Assembly (NCBI GenBank): GCA_013265495.1
Contig: MU058844.1
Coordinates: 5,062,344 to 5,126,343, forward strand
Length of the DNA: 64,000 nucleotides
Direction: 5' to 3'
Origin: Vicugna vicugna
Lineage: Eukaryota
The stretch's first letter is position 1. Every line of letters begins with the position of its first letter. A program made the position numbers and the translations under genes. The notes under the pieces are model-generated. The model saw only the letters and a program-made list of their open reading frames with translations, was not told the DNA's origin and ran no database searches. Of this stretch, positions 40,617 through 53,200 are shown in pieces.

Positions 40617-41617
40617 ATATTCTTCGTTTCTGTCACAGTGATTTTGATCTCTGGCGTTTCTTTTCTTCCTTTCTTAGGATTTCCGTCTCTTTACATATAC
40701 CGGTCATCAGTTCTGCCTGCTGCCTCCTTCCTTCATTAGAGCCCTCACTAATCAGAGTTGTTTCAAAATCTCAGTCTGGTAATTCCAGTGTCCTAACTAA
40801 CTCTGGTTCTGATGCTTGCTGTGTCTCTTCACATTGTGTGTTCTTGTGTTTTTGTTTTTTTCTTTCCTTTTCCTTGTACTTTTTTCTTGATTACCTGACA
40901 TGATGTGCTGGGTATAAGAAACTGCTGTCTTTCGTAATGTAGTAGTGAGATGCGGAGAAAGGGGCAGGATGCTTCGGCCTTATAGTGCAAATCTCAGTTT
41001 TCACATTAGGATAAGCCTCTGGACTGTGACCATCACAAATGTTTTCAATTTGTGGTGCTTCCCCCGTGGGTGGGACAGGATGGCCGGAACAGGCTGGAAT
41101 TGGGTATTTCCCGCCCCCAGATCAGTCAGCCAATCAGGTTAGGCTTGGGTTAACTCGTTTCCCCTGAGGGCGGTGCTTGTTAAGGGCAGAGCCCTCTGGT
41201 GTTTCTCAAAGTGGCTCCTCTCCCCTCCCACCACTGGAGGCCTGAGGGGATTTTTCTCTGTTGTTTACTGTGGAGTCCGCTGAAGCCGTAAGAGGCAAAT
41301 CTCGTGATACTATAGGGGCTCCCCCAGTTGAATGGGTACCCCTGGAGTTTTTAATCTGAGTTGTCTACCCTGAATCTTCAGCAGTTACTGTTCGGGTTTC
41401 CCGACCGGCGTGAGTTCCCGTGGCCCCCGCTCAGGTGAGCCGTGGTTTCCGTATTCCTTCTGTCTCACCCGTCTTGGGGCCAGCGGTTTGCTGTGTGTTC
41501 AGTCCCTTCTTACGGGTCCAAGAATTGTTGATTTTTCAGTATTTTCAGCTTTTTACTTGTTAGGACAGAGTGGCAACTTTTGAGCTCCTTACATGTGGAA
41601 ACAAAAAAATGGAAGTC
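40617..41617 (-). mobile_element. L1MC-type 5' end (5'UTR/promoter region)
   Basis: Minus strand begins GACTTCC...CATGTAAGGAGCTC...TGCCACTCTGTCCTAACAAGTAAAAAGCTGAA...GAAAAATCAACAA, matching my recall of L1MC 5'-end consensus. Confidence 0.7.
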
Positions 41618-41842
41618 TAATTTCTTCTTAAGATGTTGGTATATATAATTTAGGAAAACAGAATTCGGGCACAGTGTATATTAATTGAAAAGTAATAATG
41701 ACAGCAGCCAATATTTGGTGAGCGTTATTTTAAGCTGGCCACCATGGTGAGAGCTTTCTCTGGGGTTTCCTCTTTAATAGAAAAAGTAATAACACCTGCT
41801 CTGAAAGTTCAGGTGTTTCAGGTTACCTGATAAGGGAGCAAC

Positions 41843-42408
41843 TGTTAACCGGGAATAAGAGTTACTTCGGTTCTTAATCACCTGAAAAAAGAGTTTTTAA
41901 GGAGAGATAGAAAGCGTGATATAAACAAGATTTTATTAGTAAAGTAAAAAGGTAGTAAAATTGAGTACACTCCCGAGGGCTGGGAGCGGGCTAATCCAAG
42001 AGAGGAAACATGCGCCGATTCTTTTTATCTCATGTCTTACTTTTTGGTTTAGGGGGGATTTTTTGTGATTGATTGATTCATGGCTCAGTTCCTTGTGCTC
42101 AGGCACACCCATCCTTTTTGTGCAGGTTCTTACCCATGATGCACACAGAGAAACCTACAGGAGGGGGCGCAAACTGCAATGTTGATTACTTTATAATGAG
42201 CATTGGGTCAAATTAAGCTGAGTCCTTCTCTCTATTGCGCAGCTGCAGCGTTCGATCCTAGCTGGCTTCTTTGCCGGCCCTCGTTTAGAGAAAGTAAAAG
42301 ATTTTGGAGTGCCTTATCCGGAGCGCAGGTGTACTGTTGTTTTCTGGGTCGCTCCTTTCCCCTTTCTCTCCCCCTGCCTGGTGCTCATTTGTATCTAACT
42401 GCCTAACA
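41843..42408 (-). mobile_element. ERV1-class solo LTR, 566 bp, relatively young
   Basis: TG...CA termini (TGTTAACC...CCTAACA) with an exact 4-bp TSD CAAC (41839-41842 and 42409-42412). AATAAA on the minus strand near 41932; many CpGs retained. Confidence 0.9.
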
Positions 42409-42973
42409 CAACTATCTTACAGAGATAATTACACAGTATTTCTGAACGTGTCAGGTTTGCTCCAGACCACTTCATTTAAAGTAGATTGTTCAGCATGAAA
42501 ACCTTGATATCTAGCTCTTGGCAATGCCTTTATCATACTATGTTCTTTTAAAAAATATTTTCCTAGCAAGATAAATGTGTCACTTAGACAATAAATATCA
42601 GAATCAATCTTTGCCCTCAAACCTAACACACTTCTCCATAAGGTAGAATGTAACTGGAAGATACTTACCACTATGGAAAAAAACAAAACAAAACAAAACA
42701 AAAACCCAAACAATAAAAACAAGTATCTCCTAGAACACTTGCTTCTGACCATGTTTTGTTAAATCTTATTTAACAACCTTTATAAATATTACAAGCTTTG
42801 ATAATACATCATGATGATTTCTTAATAAAAGTGATTTTTTTATTTCAATGTCCAACTGAAAATCATATATTTAACTCAGATTACATCCATTCTGTTGATA
42901 AAAACTATATCCATAAATGTTGGCAATCTTAGGGGAAGAGAAGTCATAAAGTTATTTCTATATTTGATTTTTT

Positions 42974-43115
42974 TAAATTTTTCTTTATTTTTATTATTTT
43001 GAGGGAGAGGTAATTAGGTTTCTTTATTTATGTTTGGAGGGAGTACTGGGGATTAAATCCAGGACCTCACGCATGCTAAGCATGCATTCTACCATTTGAG
43101 CTATACCCTACCCCC
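42974..43115 (-). mobile_element. Camelid tRNA-Ala-derived SINE (Vic-1 type)
   Basis: Minus strand GGGGTAGGGTATAGCTCAAATGGTAGAATGCATGCTTAGCATGCGTGAGGTCCTGGATTTAATCCCCAGTAC (tRNA-Ala-like head), then AACCTAATTACCTC and an A-rich tail. TSD ATA(T/C)TTGATTTTTT at 42960-42973 and 43116-43129. Confidence 0.9.
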
Positions 43116-45039
43116 ATACTTGATTTTTTATGCATTAATATTTAAATATATTATGGAGCTTACATAAATGATTCTAATAACTGGTAATAGTAGAAAATGT
43201 TCAATACAGTTTATTGGGCAATATATGCCTATGGAAATAATTTTCTGAACTCAAATGATATGGTTCATTGATGTCCAAAAGTAAATATTTGTCTTTCACT
43301 CCTTCTTTTCTATAAATAAAATGTGTTCAACATAAAAATAATCAGCATTTAGATGTAGTAATATTTCAAATTTATAAAAATTTATCTTCGCCTATGCCAG
43401 GTTGTTGCTCCTAATCACCCAACATTAATGAAGAACACTGCTCAAAATATGTTGGAAGATAAAAACAGCCAATAACTGCTACCCCATCCTCCCCAAAATA
43501 ATAAACAGCAATGACCAAAATAAATAAGGAGAATGTGACTTTTCTTCTTTTCAACCTATTCTTAAACAAACACTGGCTAGTTTATGTGCTTTGCAGATAG
43601 ATCAATAATGGCTCACAGACAGAGCAGAGATCTACCCCTAGGACACAAGTCCATACACTGAATCTTGTTTACCTGTAGTCTTCAAGTATTTAAGGAAATA
43701 CGTATCCTAGAATGAAGATTTCACATCCACACAGAGATACAGGCAATTTTTCATTATCCCGTATTTCAACATTGCCAGATATTTTGCTAAAACAACTAGA
43801 CAGAACATGTTGTTGAAATAAGTAGGCATTTAAAAAAAAATCACTTCTACAGAGTGTGTGTGTGCACCTGCACAAACTTTTGCATTTATTTGTATTTTTG
43901 TCCATCTCTGTGCTTGTTATAATTCCTAGACCTAAAAAATCTCTTCTCCACAGTGGAATTTTTAAAACAGGCAAAACACTTCTTTGTTCCTGGAAGCTTG
44001 ATGCTGATCTCTTAGCTTCATGTCTTTTTCATTCCTCATCCTAATCACAATCAAATTCTTCACTCACTTCCATGGTTGGCTTGAGAACAATTTGGACTGA
44101 AATCAGACTAGCAACACAGATGGCACCTAATATTGCATCTCAGTTTTTGGCTTGATTCTGTAAGCAGCTTACTCAGTGGTGGAGGAGAAGAGGGAAGCTG
44201 CTGACAAATGACACTATTAGGACCATCATAGCCAAGATAGACTGGCACCATTAGAGTGCTCAGCAATCTGCTTCATATCTCCATGTTTCTAAGTCCATGT
44301 TATTAAATAAAGGTATCCTTTTTGCATGTAACATAACACCTGGGACAGAGGTCACTTTTTACTCTTGAAGTGGCTTATTAAGCAAAATGATTTTAAAGGA
44401 AATTAATTTTGAATGATAGGCTATATACCTTAGAGGTAACTCTATGTAGTAGACTTCTATTTTAACTTGTATCAATTTAAATCTCATTTTATCATTTAAA
44501 TCCATAATATACCTTTATTTGATATTTTTTGAAGGCAAACACTTTGTTATTATTTATTGAAACCTCATGCAAATTAAGGATAGGCATATAATATTAATAG
44601 TTAACTTGATTTTAATAATTGTTCATTATGATTCATCATGGATACTATTTTGAGCAAATGATAGGCATTTCAAAAGGGTAAGCATTTCTGTCAAATAAAT
44701 TATAAGCAGAGTATTTCTTTTCTGATTATGAGATGGATGTATATCAATGCAGAATTTTTTTTAAAAAATCAAGAGTATAACGAAGAAAATGCAAATCAAA
44801 TATACTTCGGCCACACAGGGATGATTGTTAACTTACTGGTATGTTCCTTTTGTTTGTTTTCTATGTTGTTTCTCAATGTATATGACATATTATGTATGCT
44901 GTTTGTTTAGGAGTATAGTCTCTTTTTATTTGTAAGATGTTGAAATGTGAGAGAAATTGGTTTTGAACATATGGCAATTTATATATAATATAATAATAGT
45001 TGCAACCAGAGTTTTAAGGGTCTGGATATAAAAGATTAA

Positions 45040-45265
45040 AAAATCAGCACTTCGTTTATCATTTACTAAGAATTCTTTCATGTTTATCTAATTTGATTTG
45101 GATAGCAGCTCCCTGAGATAGGCATCTCATTTTTCACTTTCAATTTAAGGAAACTGTTTTCTGAAAAGATAAAGAATTTATCTAAGCTGATACAGCCTGT
45201 GAACAAGGAAGTCAGAACATGATGCTGGTTTTTCCAAATCCAAATACTGTGTTCTTTTTTTATAC
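45040..45265 (-). mobile_element. MIR SINE
   Basis: CAGCTCCCTGAGATAGGCAT...AAGGAAACTG...AAAGAATTTATCTAAG...ATACAGC is a reverse MIR. Confidence 0.65.
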
Positions 45266-46180
45266 CTTTATGTGGAAGAAATGAGTAAACTATGTGAAAT
45301 CTGGATATATCAGCAAAATGAGCTAATGGGTTAAATGTTTAGGACAATGCATTAAAGAAAAAAAATTAAATATTTCTAACTTTGAGTCTGGAAACTGTAG
45401 GGTTGGTTGGAATGACTGAAGACAATGAGCTTCTCTCATTTTTGTGGACACAACCCAGATTTGATTACTTCTGTTCCACAGAAGTGATTCTATTAATTTT
45501 CCTGAAGCTAGATTTCTGTTTTAGTTTTCTGTTTTAGCCAATCAACTATCAGCAAAAGTTGCTTTAATGAGCCTTTTTTCAAAATGGAGATGAAAACTTT
45601 GATCAGTTTGCCACAGAAAATTTAGTCTCCTTAAATGCTGAGTTTAAATATTTACTATTGGATATAAAAATATATAAAAATTTAATACCTGACACCTCTG
45701 TTTCAATGTCTTGAAGCTAAAGTTTGACTTTCCCTTATTAACAGTTTAATGTTATTTTAAAGAACTATTTCAAAGAAAGTTTTCAGTGGCACATGAAATA
45801 ATACCTCATTCTCACACAGAAGCTAATATTGTCAGAAATACTAGTCCCTTTTAAGTGTTTCCATTTACTTATTTCATTGATACTACTTTCATATAATTAC
45901 AAAGTAAATAATTGGAATAATTATATAGTAGATAAAATTCCCTTTTATCTTAGCAAAGTATACTTTAAAATATGTATTTTAAAAATTAGAATAAGAGGAT
46001 TAACTTTTAAGAAGTATTATCAAAATTAAAATATTAGTATAAATTTATTCACAGAGATTTTGTTTCCATGAAGCTGAAGGAAGAAGACGTTTTTTCAAAT
46101 TAACTTGGGTATTTCTCTTAATTATTTTAATTTTCTGGATATTGACATAAATATGATGCTCAGTATCATGTTATCAGGTA

Positions 46181-46386
46181 CAGATTTCTCCTACTTTCTG
46201 AAAGTATAGTATTGCTGTGAGGGCTTTTATAAGCCAAAATGGCATAAAACAAAGAGGCAATTACCTTTTATTGTAAAAGTTGTCATCCCCTTGGATTTCT
46301 TTCAGACAGTGAAAACAGGTACTAATGTAGGTCTTTTGTAAAAGCAAAGTGGTGTAAATTGAACTTTCAAAAATTGGGGCTACCTG
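46181..46386. mobile_element. TcMar-Tigger-like MITE
   Basis: TA dinucleotide on both flanks. Imperfect TIRs: CAGATTTCTCCTACTTTCTGAAAGT on the left and CAGGTAGCCCCAATTTTTGAAAGT (reverse complement) on the right. It interrupts an otherwise colinear L1. Confidence 0.75.
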
Positions 46387-46767
46387 TAATTTCAAATTAA
46401 AACATCAAAGAAATATGACTATACACCTATTAGAATGGCAAAAATTGACACCACCAGATGTTGGTGATTTGGAGCAAGAGGAATTTTCATTCGTTGCTGG
46501 TAGGAATGCAAAGCAGGACAGCCACTTTAGAAGACTGACAGTTTCTTACAGGACTAGGTGTGCTCTTACCATAAGAGCCGACAATTGTGCTCCTTGGTAC
46601 TTACCCAAAGGAGCTGAATACACAAAAACATATATATTAATGTTTATAGCTTATTTATAGTTGCCAAAACTTGAGAGCAATCAGGGTGTCCTTTTATAGG
46701 TGAGTGGATAAATAAAGGTACATCCATACAACGAAATATTATTCAGTGATAAAAAGAAATAAGCTAT

Positions 46768-47261
46768 TGTTACCAAGTCCAAGCTCATTCTGCTCAGGCA
46801 AATAAATCAGGAGACAAGTTGTTAGGGCAAGGAATAGCAATTTTATTTGGAAAGCCAGCAGGCTGAGAAGATGATAGACTAGTGTCTCAAAGAACCATTT
46901 TACCCAAGTTAGAATTCAGGTTTTTACTTTTTATTTTTTATTTTTTTATTCAGAAAGGGGAGGGAGTGTGGTTGCTTTTGCAGACTTCGTGGTAATCAGA
47001 ATCTTTTGTTCTTGCAGTTGTAGGTCAGGTCATGAGGTTCCTGTAAACATCCAACAAGACAAATGTTATTCTCTGTTCTGTAACTTTATCTCAATATGAA
47101 TGAAAAAGTGTTATACCTTTAAAGGGCACAGCCTTGAGAATAGACTGTACTGTAAATTTCAGGCTATAGGCAACATTTTCAACTTGCAGCAAAAACAACA
47201 GGATACAAAAGTTAAGGTAAAAAGATTTAATATAGAGTCAGATTTATTCTTCCCAATTGTA
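46768..47261 (-). mobile_element. Older ERV1-like solo LTR
   Basis: Begins TGTTACCAAGTCCAAGCTC, has AATAAA on the minus strand at ~46842, is ~495 bp long, and interrupts the L1 3'UTR at AAGCTAT. The right terminus and TSD are decayed. Confidence 0.7.
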
Positions 47262-47819
47262 GTGTAAAGCTACAAAAAGTCATGAACTTTAAATACCAAG
47301 TGAAAGAAGCCAGTATGAAAAGAGGCTACATACTATATGATTCCAACTATATGACATTTTGGGAAAAGCCAGAAGTATGGAGACAGTTTAAAAATCAGTG
47401 GTTACTAGAGGCACAGTGGAAGGGATGGAAGGCACAATATGTGGAGTTTGGGGGATTTGGGCACTGAAACTATTCTGTATGATACTACAATTGTATATAC
47501 ATTTCATTACACATTTATCAAAACCCATAGAATGTGTAACATCAAGAGTGAACCCTAACGTAAAGTATGGGCTTTAGTTAATAATAACATATCTGTATTG
47601 GCTCGTCAATTGTAACAAAATTCTAACTAATGTAAGATGTTAATACAATGAGAAACTGTGGGGCTGGGTGTAGGAGTATATATGGAAACATTTTGTATTT
47701 CCTGCACAATTGTTCTGTAAACTAAAACTTCTCTAAAATGAATGTTATGATAAGAAAAATCAGGAGAAATATAGTTTAGAGTTTGGTCGTAAATTCAGTG
47801 AGGTACACATTTTATAAAG

Positions 47820-49430
47820 TTTCTCCTGACCCTCCACATCATTTCAACTTACCACTGAGTGCCCCTATTTTTCTTAATAGCAGAACTCTTTGAGAAAGTT
47901 ATCAATATTCACTGTCTCCTTTCTTCTTGTCTTTCTTGCTTTAAACCATTTCATTTTTAACACTCAAAGTTGTCCTTAGCAAAATCTTTGATGATTTATA
48001 TATTGCAAAATACACTGATCAATTTTCAGATCTCATCTGAAATATTTGACACACACCATCAATCCCAGTTCCTTGAAACATTTTCCTTACTTGCTTCCCA
48101 CAAACTTCTGGTTTTCTTCTTCCCTCACTAGGGTGATCTTCTCAGTCTCATTTGCTGTGGCTTCCTCATTTTTTTTGCCACTTAAAGGTTAAGACTGCAC
48201 TGGAGCTGTGCCTTGGGATTGCTTTCCTTCTCTCTCCACGTTCACTTATTCATTTTATGAGTTTTATATTCCACCTACAGGGTAATGAGTCACAGAGTAT
48301 AATACCCAGCCCAGATCTTACTTCTGGAAGATACATTATGTATCCAAAGTTTTACTCAACATTTTCAGCCTTAACCATATCTCAGACTGAATCCTTTTTA
48401 CACCAACCCTGCTCCTCTTCATGGCCTCTTCATCTCAGGAATTGACTCATATTTGTACTGTTGCCTGAACTCAAAACATAAATCTTTAAATCCATTCTTT
48501 TTTTCATAACTCACTTCCAATGTATCAGCAAATATCATTTGCTCTACCTTCAAGATATATGCAAAATATGAATACTTGTTTCCACCTCTATTTGCTACCT
48601 TCATTCTGTTCCAGGCTCCTGTCATCTTTTCCTGCTCAGATTAATGAAACAACCCCAAAACTGTTCTTCACACTTTTGCAACTGCCTCATTACACACTTT
48701 TTTCAGTGGTGACCTATCTCATTCAGAGTAAAAGCCACAATCCTGACATTGGACTATAAAACTCTATACCAGAGCAGTCTGATGGAGATATTATGTGAAC
48801 CATATATGTAATTTTCATGTTCTAATAGCTACAATTTAAACACTAGTAAAAAGGGAAAGGTGAAATTAGTTTTAATTAATATTTTATTTAACCCATTATA
48901 CATGAAATATTATTTCAACATGGAATCAGCATAAAAGTTATTGACACATTCCTTTTTTCATTCTAAGTCTTCAAAATCTGGTGTGTATTTTACACTAACA
49001 AAACATCTCAGTTTGGACCAGCTCCATCCCAAGAGCTCAGCAGTGTGTAACTTACTGGTCAATACAACCTTACAGAATCAGTCATAGCATCTCTCACACC
49101 AACCTATTACCTCTCTGCACTCAGCATTTATCACACTTCTCCTTACTCACTTTGGCCTTGTCTTTTCCCTGTGGTTTGAACAGATCGGACCTTACCCGCT
49201 TCAAGACCACTGCACTTGCCATCCCTTCTCCTTGGAACTGTCTTCTCCTTGATAACTGCATATCCCATTGCTTTATCTCCTTCAAGTGTTTGCTTAAGCA
49301 ATTCTGTTACTTTTCCTAATTCCCCCGATACTATTTCATTTGAACCTATCACCATGGTGGTATGACCAGCACCTTGTGCAGTAATGGCTTATATTGGATA
49401 CTCAATAATTAAACAGTTGTTCAACAAATA
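47820..49430 (+). mobile_element. L2, long 3' portion
   Basis: TTCCTTGAAACA, CCAGCCCAGATC, CTCTACCTTCAAGATATAT, CTTGGAACTGTCTTC, CCTTCAAGTGTTTGCTTAA, and the tail GGATACTCAATAA. Confidence 0.8.
48770..49068. mobile_element. MER33 hAT-Charlie element inserted in L2
   Basis: CATATATGTAATTTT...GGTGAAATTAGTTTTAAT...TATTTAACCC...TAAGTCTTCAAAATCTGGTGTGTATTTTACACT...CATCTCAGTTTGGAC. Confidence 0.85.
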
Positions 49431-49535
49431 ATTGTGAAATTCAAAGGTCTAGAAATTATTATAAAGTAGAAATAATGATACAGTGTGACACTAGATTTAA
49501 TGGAAGCAAACATTTCTGGGAATATTTAGCTAAAT

Positions 49536-50252
49536 GTATATGTTTACCTATTCTGGGGTAACAATCCACCCCAGAATTAGTGGCTTAAAATAGAGTTCAG
49601 CGTATCTTTTCTATAAATGACCAGATGGCAATTATTTTAGGCTTTTTAGGTTGTAAGTTCTCTGTTCCAACTGTCTGGCTCTACCGTTGAAGTGAGAAAG
49701 CAGCTGTAGACGATACGTGCACAGAAGGGTGTGTCTCTTTCTAATAAAATTTCATGTACAAAAATAGGGAGCCAGACTGTGGGCCCTAGTTTCCAAGCCT
49801 TAAAGCAACAATCATTAATATCACTCCTGAGTCGGTGGATCAGAGGAGTGGCTCCTCCAGCCTGGGCCAGGCTTGGCTGATACCGGTTTTTATGTGTCTG
49901 AGATCTCCTGGCAGTGCCTGAGCTGACTAATGTGGCCTCACTCACATGCCTGGTGTTTGGCTGCGGCTGAGGCAATGTGAGTAACTGGGCCAGGCGTCCT
50001 GCGTCTTCCAACAAGCTAGGCCTGTTGTTCATGGGGGGTCTTGGCAGTATTCCAGGGATGGGAGTAGGTGCAAGTAAGGCTTCTTGAGACCACATTCTAT
50101 TTCTGTTGGTCAGAGAAAGTCACAAGGCCATCCCAAGTGTAACTAGTCTATCAGGTTTACTCTTGTTGGAAGAGCTGCAGAGTTAAACTGCAAAGAGGTA
50201 TGGGTACAGAGAGGTGGAACATGACATCCATCTTTGCAAGCAGCCTACCATT
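49536..50252 (-). mobile_element. MLT1(G/H-like) MaLR LTR, split by MER58A
   Basis: CTATTCTGGGGTAACAATCCACCCCAGAATTAGTGGCTTAAAA...CAACAATCATT...CACTCACATGCCTGG...CACATTCTATT...AAGTCACAAGGCCA. Confidence 0.8.
49591..49797 (-). mobile_element. MER58A hAT-Charlie MITE
   Basis: TTTTCTATAAATGACCAGATGGCAATTATTTTAGGCTTT...AAAGCAGCTGTAGACGATACG...AATAAAATTTCATGTACAAAAATAGG. Degenerate 8-bp TSD GCTTAAAA/CCTTAAAG. Confidence 0.85.
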
Positions 50253-53200
50253 ACATGAATTTCGTATGTTAAGCCAAACAAACAATTCCTATGAAATGGC
50301 TCATTACTACAAAGGCTGTATGTCAGTGCCAAATATGAACCCAAGATCTTTTCCTACTTAAAACAGTTACCATTGTCCTAGTTTAGTGTATTGTTTGAAT
50401 CTGGTGAATATTTCTTTGCCAATCCTGTAGTTGTCACTACACTGCTTTATCTGTATCATACCTGCCCTACTCTGTTACTCGACTCACCAGAGCCATCTGG
50501 ACCTGTACTGTGACTTTGAATTTGTCATTTCAGCTAAGGATTGTTAGGATTTCTGTTTTATTACTTATATTATGATGTCTGAAACACTTCTCTTACCGAG
50601 TGTTTTCATTAATTCTCTTATTTTGTGAGAGAATGCTGAAATTTCAACTCCTGAAAATAAACAATTCTAGATTTTAATCTCCAGTGTTAAATATCACCAC
50701 GATGCCTTTTATTTTGGTGGTACCCTCGAGGTAGTGATTCAGTCAAATATTTTATTACCTGCTTATCTCTGTTTGCTTCACCAGGCTGTTTGGAAAATGA
50801 AAGCAGATGGAGCTGGCCAGAAATGTAGTTCATAAAAGCAGTTACTTAGTCATTAAAGTTTGTAATAGATCTAAACAGGCAGTGCAGAAAGGACTTGTTT
50901 TTTAAGGCAGCAATTGACTTTTTCCATACACTGCCTTATCCCCAAAGTGAAGAAAATACTCTCCAAATTTATTTTTAGAGTAATTTACCCTTCATAAATA
51001 TATATAAAACTAATAAAAGGTAGGATATGTTCTAATAAATTTACATTCTAATCATAGGAAAAAAATCACTAAATGTTATATTTAAATGAATGATATTAAG
51101 CTAATTAATGGAAAGAGAGCTATCCTATATTCATTCAAGGCATGTCTATATTAAGAGAAATGGAATTAAGGTGAAATGGATTTAGAAATTAATTATGAAA
51201 ATAATTCCAATTTGTCAAGGCAGTTTTTTCTCAATAATCTAAATATTTTGAGTAACTTACCTTGAGTCACATTTCTCCATGATTTGTTTTTAGTTAAATT
51301 GATTTTCAATTTGGTGAATTGATAAGAATATTGAGATGCACTTTGTTATATTGAACGTCTTCAACTTGAATGGTGAATGATGAATGTTAGTTATTTATGG
51401 AAACATGTGAAATTAATTTATTTTGTAAACATTTCTGGTTCAAGGAAGCCACTGTAGGAAGACAGATTGATTAGGTACCATTAAAAATGTACATCACGTA
51501 AGTATTTTCCATTAAAAAAGTTTGTGAATTTTATTCTGAAAGTATGTATGGCTTAAAGTATTCCTCAAAGTTTCTTTTATGTAAGACGCATCATTAATAA
51601 AATGAGAAACTTCATATTAGGAAATTTTCTCTAGGAATAAATCATTAAAACTTTTACTCCCTGACTTAGCAAAAGCCAAACAGAATAAAACCAAAACCTC
51701 AGGTTAAAAGAAACAAAAACACAAGAAGAGAAACTTTCCTTCTGAGATCTCATTGTTTGCCCACATTGCATCCTGGTAACAGTAAATCAAATGAGAAGAT
51801 TATGGTTATATATTATTTCTGCTTATCAATTATTAGAATCCCTGAGATAGTCTTTTTCATGGAAAGTCCCACATTTTGCTTCACAATGTAGAAAACTTCC
51901 AATTCTCATTAGGCATCTCTATTTTATTTTACTCGGTGTTAACTATTACTGAGTGAACAATAAAAATTAGGTTTTTAGGAATTTCCAGATTAGGACCTCT
52001 GCCAGATTCCTTTAAAATGAAGTGTTCACATCGCTTTCAATAGAATATAATTCTTTTTTAAAATGAAACAAAATAATATACTGAAATAAAATAATCATTC
52101 CACATTTAATCAACCTTTCTATGTTACAGAAATATCTATGAATGATCTCGTAAGTAATAGTAAAAACAATCTTTATGTAGTTTGAACATCCAGAAATGAA
52201 AAAAAATTAAATCTCCTTATTCTTGTCCTGTCCTTCCATGATTTATATTAGTTTGCATATTTTTTAATGTCCCTGAAACTTAGATGTCAATGGCTGTGCA
52301 TCATCACATAATCATTTATAACATGAATGTACTGTTCAAACACTGGAGTCAAGATATAGGGAAAAAAATTCTTCTACACTAGTTTTAAGCAAAAGTAGTT
52401 ATCAAAGAGACAAAGACACCATTCACGTGAGCAGGAGAAGAGTTGGTCAAGGATCATAGCAGGCATCTTGTCTTCAGTTACTGCATTCCTTGAGTAGCCT
52501 GCCAATAGCAAGCAAACAGACATCCTATCACCATTTATAACTCACTCAGCAGGAAGGCATGATGCTTGGTGGGTGTTCAGTGAATGTTGGAAGACTGCTG
52601 CGCCCTGAATTAGTTTTATCCTCTTACTAAAAAAGGAAAGCAAAAGAGAAAATAGTATGGGGGAGAGAGATGAGAGAAAAGTGATGTGAATACTAGTGAA
52701 TATTGCTACATATGATTCGTGGACATTGTTGTTATTTTAAATACATGGATTCTTTTACATGCAAGCATTATTTTATATACATTTGTGATACATATGTTTT
52801 GTTATTTACCTAGTGTTATTTTTTAATGGGTCATAAATGGTATTTAGGACTAGAATATTCCACTTAAAAAAACGGGCATTAGCACTTTAGGATTATGATA
52901 CTGTAAAATGTAAGCATCATTCTTTCAGGTAAGGTGGGATCTCAGTAACTCGACAAAAGAGAGCCCAAATAAATCTAGAACAAGAGAAGAGAGCAGTAGA
53001 CTAGAAGAAGAAAGGAAGGGAGCAGAGGGACTTTCTGATTAACTATCTAAATGAAGGTGAGCCAAACAACTACTCTTCAGACACCATTTTACCTACAGAG
53101 AACAGAAAAGCTAATTAAAAGAAGGTATTTGGTAAACAGACAAATAAGACAGAAGAACTGGGGCCAAGAGTATCAGGGAGGTCTGCCTTTTTTCCCTCAC

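Larger units (their letters stand above)
46145..47760 (+). mobile_element. L1MC1/2-like ORF2 end and 3'UTR, hosting two nested insertions
   Basis: CACCTATTAGAATGGC, TTACCCAAAGGAGCTGAA, TATGATTCCAACTATATGACATTTTGG, CAAAACCCATAGAATGT...CAAGAGTGAACCCTAA. Confidence 0.9.

Noticed and set aside
43040..43115. tRNA-Ala gene
   Set aside because: Degenerate stems and B box, plus a SINE tail and TSD; it is a SINE head.
43671..43797. Minus-strand exon-like segment ending ACAG|GTAAAC
   Set aside because: Stops in all frames and only moderate splice sites.
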